Of a DNA stretch of 64,000 bases, positions 32,476-41,190 are shown in pieces; within the stretch, counting starts at the first letter, position 1, and each line of letters begins with the position of its first letter. The position numbers and the translations under genes are program-made. This stretch comes from an uncultured cyanobacterium (lineage in GTDB: Bacteria > Cyanobacteriota > Cyanobacteriia > Cyanobacteriales > CAWCAG01), in contig CAWCAG010000005.1 of assembly GCA_963793425.1 (NCBI GenBank), positions 1,728,001-1,792,000 on the forward strand, in the 5' to 3' direction. The notes beneath the pieces are model-generated. The model was not told where the DNA came from and did no database searches. It saw only the letters and a program-made list of their open reading frames with translations.

Positions 32476-32810
32476 AACCGCCCCTTCTTCCCTACATAGC
32501 AAGTAGTTTGCTGAATATTGAGTTTTTTTGTGACCGTAGTGATTTTAAAGATAAATTACGGTTCTTTCCCCGACCTTAAGCCTAGCTATTTATCAGCTTA
32601 GATTCAATTGCTCTTGGACAAGTTTCTTTATAACTAGCCATTTTAAGTTATTACTTTACCCGGAGGTAATCATGGTAATATTAATAGGATTATTTAACCT
32701 TAAGATAAATTGCCTGTAATCCACCTATAGCTTAAATCTTCTCGGCACAGAAGCAATTGAAGAGACTTCTCTCAAAATAAGTTTCCTGAATTTGATTTAA
32801 GTGATACTTT

Positions 32811-33752
32811 TTATTCTTCCACCCGATAACCAAACTCAGTTAAACGCATTCTCGATTGTCGCCATTTTGGTTGTACCTTAACAAACAACTCTAAATAAAC
32901 TTTGCCAGTAATTAGCTTTTGGATTTGTTGTCTGGCGGCTGAACCAATTTGTTTAAGCATAGTTCCCTGCTTACCTATTAAAATTCCTTTCTGGGAACTG
33001 CGTTCAACATTAATAATAGCAAAAACACGGGTTAGTTGCGGCTGTTCTTCCACTTTCTCGATCACTATTGCCACAGAATGAGGAACTTCTTGGCGGGTTA
33101 GCAACAGAATTTGTTCACGGATTAATTCTCCCATGATAAATCTTTCTGGTTGGTCTGTAACCAAATCAGGAGGATAATAATAAGGCCCAGGTTCTAAATA
33201 ATCAACTAAGAGCTTTTGTAATTCTTTTAATCCTGTTCCTGTTAAAGCAGAAAACTTAACTAAAGGAATGTCTTTTTCTGTAATTAACTGGCTGTAACTA
33301 TCATCAAGGAGTTGGATATTATCAGACTGAAGGTCTGTTTTATTTAAACCTAAAACAACTGGAGTTTTCGTTTTTTCTAATAGTTCAAAAATGAAGCGAT
33401 CGCCTCCCCCAGCTTCTACAGAACTATCAACTAAAAAGAGAATTAAATCTACTGAATTTATAGCTACTTGAGCATTCTTAACTAATACTTTACCTAATTG
33501 GTGATGCGGTTTATGAATGCCGGGGGTATCAACAAAAATTATTTGCGCTTCTGAGGTGGTTAAAATACCTCGTAAGCGATTACGAGTTGTTTGGGATACC
33601 GGGGAAGTAATGGCTATTTTTTGTCCTACCAAATAATTCATTAAAGTAGATTTGCCTACATTTGGTCTACCGATGATAGCGACAAATCCTGATTTGAATC
33701 CTTCCGGTGCTTGGGGAATTAGATTGAGTTGTGGTGGTGGTTCGTTAGGCAT
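32811..33752 (-). CDS. era: GTPase Era
   Basis: GRPNVGKST, QTTR, DTPG, NKTD and KH-domain GILIGKQG. Confidence 0.96.
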   Translation of the reverse strand: MPNEPPPQLNLIPQAPEGFKSGFVAIIGRPNVGKSTLMNYLVGQKIAITSPVSQTTRNRLRGILTTSEAQIIFVDTPGIHKPHHQLGKVLVKNAQVAINSVDLILFLVDSSVEAGGGDRFIFELLEKTKTPVVLGLNKTDLQSDNIQLLDDSYSQLITEKDIPLVKFSALTGTGLKELQKLLVDYLEPGPYYYPPDLVTDQPERFIMGELIREQILLLTRQEVPHSVAIVIEKVEEQPQLTRVFAIINVERSSQKGILIGKQGTMLKQIGSAARQQIQKLITGKVYLELFVKVQPKWRQSRMRLTEFGYRVEE

Positions 33753-33770
33753 TTTATTAAGTAATAAGTT

Positions 33771-33982
33771 AAGTCCGATATGAAATCAATTTTATGTCTC
33801 AAACTCCAAGTCCGATATGAAATTAATTTTGCGTCTCGAACCCCAAGCCCGATATGAAATTAATTTTGCGTCTCGAACCCCAAGCCCGCCATGAAATCAA
33901 TTTCATGTCTCAAACGCCAAGTCGGTTTAAACCGACTTAATATATTAGACAGAGAATTTATTCTCTGGCTCTCTGGCTCTGG
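33771..33982 (+). repeat. Four 37-bp tandem units ending in a three-hairpin REP-like element (left flank of tnpA)
   Basis: Units start at 33771, 33808, 33845 and 33882; palindrome AAGTCGGTTTAAACCGACTT at 33919-33938; CAGAGAATTTATTCTCTG at 33950-33967. Confidence 0.9.
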
Positions 33983-34005
33983 TTAACTCTCTAGGCAAAA
34001 TTGAT

Positions 34006-34449
34006 ATGGCTTTTTGGCGTTTGTATTATCATTTGGTTTGGGCGACGAAAAACCGACAACCGCTAATTGACAATCAACGCGAAGCCAGACTTTATCCTTA
34101 TATTGTGAGTAAAGCTGATTCTGTGAATTGTATTATTCATGCCCTTAACGGTACACCAGATCATATTCATCTCATTGTTTCTATCCCTCCTAAAATAGCA
34201 GTCGCAGAATTTGTCAAACGCATCAAGGGTAGTAGCTCCCACTACTTAAATCAAACTTTCCCCGCTCCTCCTCAATTTGCTTGGCAAGAGGGTTACGGAG
34301 TATTTTCATTAGGTAGCAAACAATTAGATACTGGAATCGCCTATGTTGGAAATCAAAAAATACATCACCAACAAAGTACAACTATTTCTATGTTAGAAAT
34401 AAGCGACCACAACAATGATCCGCCTCAAAAACATAAAAGATCAGACTAA
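34006..34449 (+). CDS. tnpA: Y1/HUH transposase (IS200/IS605 TnpA-like, possibly REP-associated)
   Basis: YYHLVWATKNR, HUH motif DHIH, IKGSSS, WQEGYGVFS and the catalytic Tyr in AYVGNQ; no tnpB. Confidence 0.92.
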   Translation: MAFWRLYYHLVWATKNRQPLIDNQREARLYPYIVSKADSVNCIIHALNGTPDHIHLIVSIPPKIAVAEFVKRIKGSSSHYLNQTFPAPPQFAWQEGYGVFSLGSKQLDTGIAYVGNQKIHHQQSTTISMLEISDHNNDPPQKHKRSD

Positions 34450-34478
34450 TCACTATAAGAAAGCGATCACAACATTAC

Positions 34479-34940
34479 CATCAAATCAATGTTGCGTCTC
34501 GAACTCCAAGCTCGACATGAAATCAATTTCACGTCTCAAACTCCAAGTCCGCCATGAAACCAATTTTGTGTTTCAAACTCCAAGTCCGCCATGAAACCAA
34601 TTTTGTGTTTCAAACCCCAAGCCCGCCATGAAACCAATTTTGTGTCTCGAACCTCAAGCCCGCCATGAAACCAATTTTGTGTCTCAAACTCCAAGTCCGA
34701 CATGAAATCAATTTCATGTCTCAAACTCCAAGTCGGTTTAAACCGACTTAATATATTAGACGGAGAATTTATTCTCTGGCTCTCTGGCTCAAACCCCAAG
34801 CCCGACATGAAATCAATTTCATGTCTCAAACTCCAAGTCGGTTTAAACCGACTTAATATATTAGACGGAGAATTTATTCTCCGGCTCTGACGGGCTGACG
34901 GGCTAACGGACTGACTGGCGGACTGGCGGACTGACTGCCT
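34479..34940 (+). repeat. 37-bp tandem array plus two three-hairpin elements and a microsatellite tail (right flank of tnpA)
   Basis: Units at 34508, 34545, 34582, 34619, 34656, 34693 and 34798; palindromes at 34730-34749 and 34835-34854; CTGACGGG/CTGGCGGA tail. Confidence 0.9.
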
Positions 34941-35225
34941 CTATCGGCTCTCTGCCTCTCTCTAGCTCTCCACAATTCCACCTCAGAGCTTCAAAGATCA
35001 TGCTCAACAACGAAAATCTTCTAGCTTTTTGCTCAATCACTGCTGCTCCAAGCTCCAAACTCCGAGGTGCGATCGCAATCGCTCACTCTACCTACCCAAA
35101 CTTTCCAGAAAATTGCTCCACATTTCCAGAAACCTAACTCGATATTTCCAGAAAATCACTCGAAACTTCCCCCTCAACACTCCACCACCAACATCATCAA
35201 CCAAATCATCCCACCTCATAACTCC

Positions 35226-35687
35226 TTACTCAATCTCCTTCCCACGGGCCTTACGGGCGAAGCGCTTACCCAACTCATCCAAAGCCTGATCCAGACCCCC
35301 TACAGAGTTATTCATCTTGGCGAAGTTATAAACTAACAGGGCTGCCGTGTAAGCTTCGCTACCCACCGCCATATAGGTATCATCTACCAGTTCGTGTAAT
35401 TGAGTCAGGGCCAAAAGAATAGGAAAAAGCTCTTCGGAAAGCTGCACATCCTTCGCCATCTCCTCAATGTCAAATGCTCTAGGTAAAATTCCTTCATTTT
35501 GTTGAGCAACTTCTGCCGCTTTTTTAACAAAGGCGCGGCTTTTATCTCCCATCTTGGGCAGGCTGCGGCGCTCCTCCGGCTCAAGATTAACCAAGAAAGG
35601 GAGCTTTTCCCGAATGGTCTTGATGGCATCCATGACAGCTTGTTTGTCTTCTGGGGTCAGGGTTGCACTAATACGGTTGTCGAGCAT
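35226..35687 (-). CDS. Helical hypothetical protein, probably a conserved family
   Basis: 153 aa; LPFLVNL...LPKMGDKSRAFV...DDTYMAVGSEAY resembles an uncharacterised family I recall but cannot name. Confidence 0.7.
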   Translation of the reverse strand: MLDNRISATLTPEDKQAVMDAIKTIREKLPFLVNLEPEERRSLPKMGDKSRAFVKKAAEVAQQNEGILPRAFDIEEMAKDVQLSEELFPILLALTQLHELVDDTYMAVGSEAYTAALLVYNFAKMNNSVGGLDQALDELGKRFARKARGKEIE

Positions 35688-35807
35688 GGTCTTTTCAATA
35701 TTAGTTGTAGGAAAGAAAGCGGATAAGTTCGCTTATTTAAAATCTTAGTTCTTATATAGCAAATCTAGCCAATGAGATTGTGTAGAGTAACTTCAGATTA
35801 AAAGTTC

Positions 35808-35835
35808 TTGACAGATGCTAAATTTTAAATATAAG
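35808..35835 (+). promoter_or_regulatory. Possible sigma70-type promoter
   Basis: TTGACA-N16-TATAAG, 14 bp before the GTG at 35850. Confidence 0.35.
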
Positions 35836-35849
35836 TCTAGGGTGAAATA

Positions 35850-36071
35850 GTGGAAAAACCAGAGGATAAACCAGCATCTAAGTTTAGGGATTTCTTAGTT
35901 CCCAACTTGCAAAACACATTGCAATCTGCGAGTTTTCAGCACAAGATAGGTAACTATCAACAAACAAAGCGTTTTCTTGATGCTGCTACTGAAGGATTGA
36001 AAAAATGCTACGAACAAAATGCTTTTGATGAAGCTGTTGCTGAGGAAGACCAAGAAAATGAAAAGAATTGA
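35850..36071 (+). CDS. Small hypothetical protein with an acidic tail
   Basis: 73-aa ORF following the promoter-like motif and overlapping the next ORF. Confidence 0.45.
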   Translation: MEKPEDKPASKFRDFLVPNLQNTLQSASFQHKIGNYQQTKRFLDAATEGLKKCYEQNAFDEAVAEEDQENEKN

Positions 36072-36342
36072 TAGCTTTACGATTAGCCCTTGGACAGACT
36101 GGATTTATGGTGTCATCACCCAATCAAAAATCCAAGGAGAATTGTTAGAAGATTTTCTCACTCTTGTTTATAAACACTATGGGAAAGTTGTGGTAATTTG
36201 TCAGCCTCTAGAAAATGGCTATGCTTATACCTTTGCCCAAAAACAGAAAATAGTTACCCTTGACAGTCTATTGCAAATACTTTCGCGGCAAGAATTTGGT
36301 TGGACTGTTTCTAATGGGAATTCTTCATTCCCCACGCCCTAG
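36058..36342 (+). CDS. Small hypothetical protein
   Basis: ATG at 36058 overlaps the end of the previous ORF; 94 aa. Confidence 0.45.
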   Translation: MKRIDSFTISPWTDWIYGVITQSKIQGELLEDFLTLVYKHYGKVVVICQPLENGYAYTFAQKQKIVTLDSLLQILSRQEFGWTVSNGNSSFPTP

Positions 36343-36456
36343 CAAACTTAGTCTAGATTCCTTGGAAGCAGCAATTGTAGCAGCACGGAGTAAAACACTT
36401 GTTTCTCAAAAAGAGGGAACTGGAAACAGGGAATAGAGGTAACAAAACATACTCCC

Positions 36457-36532
36457 GTAGGTTGGGTTGAAGTCATGAAACCCAACACCATTAAGCTTTT
36501 CGTTGGGTTGCACTTTGTTTAACCCAACCTAC
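36457..36532. repeat. GTAG-type REP/REPIN-like palindromic element
   Basis: GTAGGTTGGGTT...AACCCAAC...GTTGGGTT...AACCCAACCTAC. Confidence 0.8.
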
Positions 36533-36558
36533 CTTTGATACCAAGCCTATTCACTCAG

Positions 36559-36823
36559 CCCGCCAAGCCCGCCAAGCCCGCCAAGCCCGCCAAGCCCGCC
36601 AAGCCCGCCAAGCCCGCCAAGCCCGCCAAGCCCGCCAAGCCCGCCAAGCCCGCCAAGCCCGCCAAGGATTAAAATCCCTGGCTAATAGCTTAAGTCATCT
36701 TGAAGATGACTACCAACTGCTGGGATTGTTCAAAGAAAAATTGTTACCAGATTTCCAAAAACTAATCTTCTAGTCATGTTTAGATGACTTGTGCTGTGAG
36801 CATCAGAATTTATTCACGAGCGG
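36559..36823. repeat. Twelve CCCGCCAAG copies followed by a four-hairpin REPIN-like element
   Basis: 108-bp 9-mer array, then GCCAAGGATTAAAATCCCTGGC, AGTCATCTTGAAGATGACT, a spacer, AGTCATGTTTAGATGACT and a degenerate GAATTTATTC. Confidence 0.8.
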
Positions 36824-36886
36824 TTTATGCTTACTAGCACCGAAATAACTCTGATACCATAAGAGCAAAAACTAGGTATAAGCTGC

Positions 36887-39800
36887 ATGGAAAGAGAGGA
36901 GTTGCTACGGGTAATTGAAGAGGCGGCTAGGACGGGAGCTAAGGAGTTGGATCTGGCGGGGCATGACCTGACGGAGTTGCCACCGGAGATTGGGCAGTTG
37001 ACCCAGTTGGAAAGTTTGGTACTGGGTAAAGTTGATCATGAAAGGAGAAAAATTCTTGGCAACAAGATTAAGAGCTTCCCTCCTGAAATAGTCCAACTCA
37101 CCAATCTCACCTCCCTTAACCTGAGTCGATAACCAGTTAACGGCACTACCAGCAGAAATAGTCCAACTCACCAACCTCACCGCGCTTTAACCTGAGTGGT
37201 AACCAGCTAACGGCACTACCAGCAGAAATAATCCAACTCACCAACCTCACCGAGCTTTACCTGGGTGGTAACCAGCTAACGGCACTACCAGCAGAAATAA
37301 TCCAACTCACCAACCTCACCTCCCTTTACCTGATTCGTAACCAGCTAACGGCACTACCAGCAGAAATAGTCCAACTCACCAACCTCACCTCCCTTAACCT
37401 GAGTAGTAACCAGCTAACGGCACTACCAGCAGAAATAGTCCAACTCACCAACCTCACCTCCCTTTACCTGATTCGTAACCAGCTAACGGCACTACCAGCA
37501 GAAATAGTCCAACTCACCAACCTCACCTCCCTTCACCTGGGTGGTAACCAGCTAACGGCACTACCAGCAGAAATAGTCCAACTCACCAACCTCACCTCCC
37601 TTGACCTGGGTCGTAACCAGCTAACGGCACTACCAGCAGAAATAGTCCAACTCACCAACCTCACCTCCCTTGACCTGAGGGGTAACCAGCTAACGGCACT
37701 ACCAGCAGAAATAGTCCAACTCACCAACCTCACCTCCCTTGACCTGAGTGGTAACCAGCTAACGGCACTACCAGCAGAAATAGTCCAACTCACCAACCTC
37801 ACTTCCCTTTACCTGAGTCGTAACCAGCTAACGGCACTACCAGCAGAAATAGTCCAACTCACTAACCTCACTTCCCTTAACCTGAGTGATAACCAGCTAT
37901 CGTCACTACCAGCAGAGATAGCCCAACTCACCAACCTCACCTCCCTTGACCTCCGAGGCAATCCCCTCCCCATTTCCCCAGAAATACTTGGCCCTAAAAG
38001 CCTTTTCGAGAAACCTGGGGATATCAACACCATCCTTAACTTCTACTTCGCCACCCAAGACCCCAACGCCACAGAAAAACTCTACGAAGCTAAATTCCTC
38101 ATCGTCGGTGAAGGGGGTGCAGGAAAAACTTCCCTCGCCAAAAAGATCCAAAACCCCAACTACGAACTCGACCCCGAAGAAGAATCCACCCACGGAATAG
38201 AAGTTATTCAATGGCGCTTCCCTTTGGATAATGGGCAAGAATTTCGCGCCAATCTCTGGGACTTCGGAGGACAGGAAATTTACCACCAAACCCACCAATT
38301 CTTCCTCACCGAACGCTCCCTCTACGCCCTGGTGGCCGATACTCGCCAAGAAAACACCGACTTTCCCTACTGGCTTAACTCCATCGAACTGTTCGGAGGA
38401 GATAGCCCCGTGTTGTTAATTAAAAATGAGAAGAATGACCGCCCCTGCAACGTTAATGAAGCAAGACTGAAAAGGGACTTTCATTACATCAAAGAAATCT
38501 TACCCACCAATCTCAAAGATGGTCGGGGCTTAGAAGAAATTAAAAATGCCATCCGCTACCACATTAGCCGCTTAGAATATGTGGGCTATCCCATACTGAA
38601 AAAATGGGTGCGAGTGCGCTATGCCTTAGAAAACGATAGCCGCAACTACATCGACCAACGGGACTACTTCGCCCTCTGTAAAGGAAACGGAGTCAATGAA
38701 CGCTCAGAAATGCTGCGGATTAGCGACTTCCTCCATAAATTAGGTATCTGTCTTCACTTTCAAGAAGACTCCACCCTCAAACATATTGTTATCCTCCGCC
38801 CCGAATGGGCTACTAACGCAGTTTATGCAGTATTAAAAAACCAGAAAGTTGCGGCGGCTAAAGGTTTGTTTACTCGCTCTGACGTCAAGGAATATTTGGC
38901 AGGAAAGGCAATATGCCTACATGGAAGATGAGCTACTGCGGCTAATGAAGAATTTCAAACTCTGCTACCCCATTCCCGGTTTAAAAGAGCATTACATTGC
39001 TCCTCAATTGCTAGAGTTTGAGCCACCGGATTATGAGTTTGCAGAGAATGATAATTTAATGCTGCGCTACGAATATGAATTTATGCCCAAGGGAATTATT
39101 ACCCAGCTTATTGTGCGGCTTTATCGTTGGATTGAACAACAGCAACTGGTCTGGCGTAGTGGTGTGGTTTTTAATAATGGTCGCGCCCGTGCTGAAGTTA
39201 TCGAAACCTATCGTCCCTATAAAGGAGAAATCTGTGTTCAGGTTTCCGGCATCCACAGTAAAGAGCTTCTCAGCGTGGTTACTAATGAGATTGACCAAAT
39301 TAATAGTTCTTTTGAAAGAATAGATGTTAAGAAAAAGATTCCCTGCAACTGTAAAGAATGTCAAAATGATCCTGAACCCTATTATTTTGATTTGGAAACT
39401 CTCTATCGCGCCCTTAATAAAAGGCGTTATGAAATTGATTGCCACAAAAGTTTTGAAGATGTCAATGTTCGTAATTTGACGGCTGTGGTAGAAAACAATT
39501 TCTTTTCAGGGGAAGATAAAAAACGAATTGAGCAAGAAGAGTTTGAACGCTTAAAAGAGCGGCATACTGAATATTATCAACCTAATTCTAAGACCATGAG
39601 TTCTAAATTCCACATCAGCGCCGAGAATGTGCAAATTGTTGAAAGTGTTGCTCAAGGGGATGCGGTTATTCACAAATACGCTGACAACCCCGAAGTAAAG
39701 ACAGCCCTCGATGAGTTGTTAATCTTCCTCAAAGATTTACAAGGGAAGCACCCCGACGCTAAACCAGAAGAAGCAGGAGAGATTCTCAAGGCTGAAATTG

Positions 39801-40003
39801 TGGAGATGAAGCAAACTCAACCCCAAGGTTGGCAGAAGTTTGTACAACAGCTTCGCAGCTTGCCCCAGGATATAAGAAGTCCTGAACGTATAATGCAAGC
39901 TAGCAAGTCTGCCCTAGTGCAAGTGACTACAGATTTAACGGATAATGTTTTTCTCAATGCTGGGGTAGCTTTTCTTGATGGTTTAAGTGGGGAACCAGAA
40001 TAA
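36887..40003 (+). CDS. LRR-Roc-COR (Roco) GTPase of about 1040 aa; three +1 frameshifts as assembled (about 37128, 37188 and 38890)
   Basis: N-cap ELDLAGHDLTELPPEIGQL, 23-aa LRRs, VGEGGAGKTS, STHGI, WDFGGQE and a COR region (LRPEW, FMPKGI, WRSGVV, CNCKEC). Confidence 0.88.
37081..37965 (+). repeat. 69-bp intragenic tandem repeat encoding 13 LRR motifs
   Basis: AACCAGCTAACGGCACTACCAGCAGAAATAGTCCAACTCACCAACCTCACCTCCCTT-NAC-CTG-NNN-NNN repeated. Confidence 0.95.
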
Positions 40004-40014
40004 TGAAATCACCA

Positions 40015-40232
40015 ACCAATCTCATCTCTCAAACCCCAAGTCCGACACGAAATCAATTTCATCTCTCAAACCCCAAGTCGGTTTAAACCGACTTAACATA
40101 TTAGACAGAGAATTTATTCTCTGGCTGGCTCTGGCTGGCTCTGGCTGGCTCTGGCTGGCTCTGGCGGACTGGCGGACTGCTGGCTGGCTCTGGCCTGGCT
40201 GACTGGCGGACTGGCGGACTGGCGGACTGGCT
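40015..40232 (+). repeat. Fourth copy of the tnpA-flanking three-hairpin element, with a 37-bp unit and CTGGCTGGCT/CTGGCGGA tail
   Basis: AAGTCGGTTTAAACCGACTT at 40075-40094 and CAGAGAATTTATTCTCTG at 40106-40123. Confidence 0.9.
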
Positions 40233-40250
40233 CAAAGGAGAACTTCCAAC

Positions 40251-40850
40251 ATGATTGCCCTCAAAGATAATCAATCCCTACCCCCAGAAAAATACCTCCA
40301 ACTCGAAGCGGAAAGCAAAGTCAAACACGAATACATTGATGGTGAAGTTTATGCCATGGCAGGAACTACCGATACCCATAATACCATTGCTGGAAACTTC
40401 TTTATCCTCATTAGTAACCACCTAAGAGGAACAAACTGTCGCGTTTACTTCGCCGATATTAAAGTTCGTCTCGAACAAGTAAACTGCTTTTACTATCCTG
40501 ATCTCCTTGTTACCTGCAAACCCCAAGACAGAGAAACGTCAATCTATAAACGCTTTCCTAAACTAATTGTTGAGGTGCTTTCTGATAGTACAGAATCTTT
40601 TGACAGAGGTGATAAGTTTAACCACTACCAAACCTTAGAAAGCTTAGAAGAATATGTTTTAGTTAATACTAAACAACAAAGAGTAGAAAGTTTTCAACGT
40701 CAAAAACAAAACTCCTGGCTATTTCAAACCTATACACCTACTCAAACATCTTTGACTCTACAAAGTCTGAACTTGACTATATCTTTGAGCGAACTATACG
40801 AAAGTGTGAACCTCGAAACAACCTCCAATCAATCACTCATTACTGAGTAA
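40251..40850 (+). CDS. Uma2-family (DUF820) PD-(D/E)XK endonuclease-like protein
   Basis: HEYIDGEVYAMAG, YYPDLLV, IVEVLSDST..DRGDK and EYVLV motifs; AGGAG ribosome-binding site. Confidence 0.9.
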   Translation: MIALKDNQSLPPEKYLQLEAESKVKHEYIDGEVYAMAGTTDTHNTIAGNFFILISNHLRGTNCRVYFADIKVRLEQVNCFYYPDLLVTCKPQDRETSIYKRFPKLIVEVLSDSTESFDRGDKFNHYQTLESLEEYVLVNTKQQRVESFQRQKQNSWLFQTYTPTQTSLTLQSLNLTISLSELYESVNLETTSNQSLITE

Positions 40851-40974
40851 TTTATAGAACAAGATATAGCCTTACTCAAAAAGGTTAAGATATTTTAGAA
40901 TACCCTGAATGTAGAAGCAGTATACTGTTGCAAGAGTACTATAGTTTAGCGATCCGCTTTTGTAAACTAATTAG

Positions 40975-41169
40975 AAATCAATAGCTAATGTTATACAAGC
41001 TAATTTCAAGAAAGCTAGTTTGAAAAGAGCTAATTTGATTGGTGCAAACATTTACGCAGCCAACTTTGAAGGAGCCAATTTAACTGGCGCAAGGATGCCT
41101 GACGGAGAAATTTATAGTGCTTCGCTCAACCTAAATAATCAGATTAACAACACTCTTGAACAGAAATAG
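40975..41169 (+). pseudogene. Pentapeptide-repeat protein 3' fragment
   Basis: Frame reads ANVIQANFKKASLKRANLIGANIYAANFEGANLTGARMPDG; in-frame stop upstream and no start codon. Confidence 0.7.
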
Positions 41170-41190
41170 CTGGAAGTTTGGAAAAGCCAA

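Noticed and set aside
33771..34835. 37-bp repeats as a CRISPR array
   Set aside because: Units are head-to-tail with no unique spacers, and there are no cas genes in the window.
34536..34890. ORFs 34536-34829 and 34702-34890 (also 39987-40202)
   Set aside because: They are translations of the non-coding repeat elements.
37131..37950. 69-bp units as CRISPR repeat-spacer pairs
   Set aside because: The variable part is only about 12 nt and the array is in-frame LRR coding sequence.
37081..37965. Diversity-generating retroelement acting on the LRR codons
   Set aside because: NAC and NNT variants resemble adenine mutagenesis, but many adenines are invariant, AGG does not fit, and no reverse transcriptase or template repeat is visible. 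A trans-acting element cannot be excluded from this window alone.
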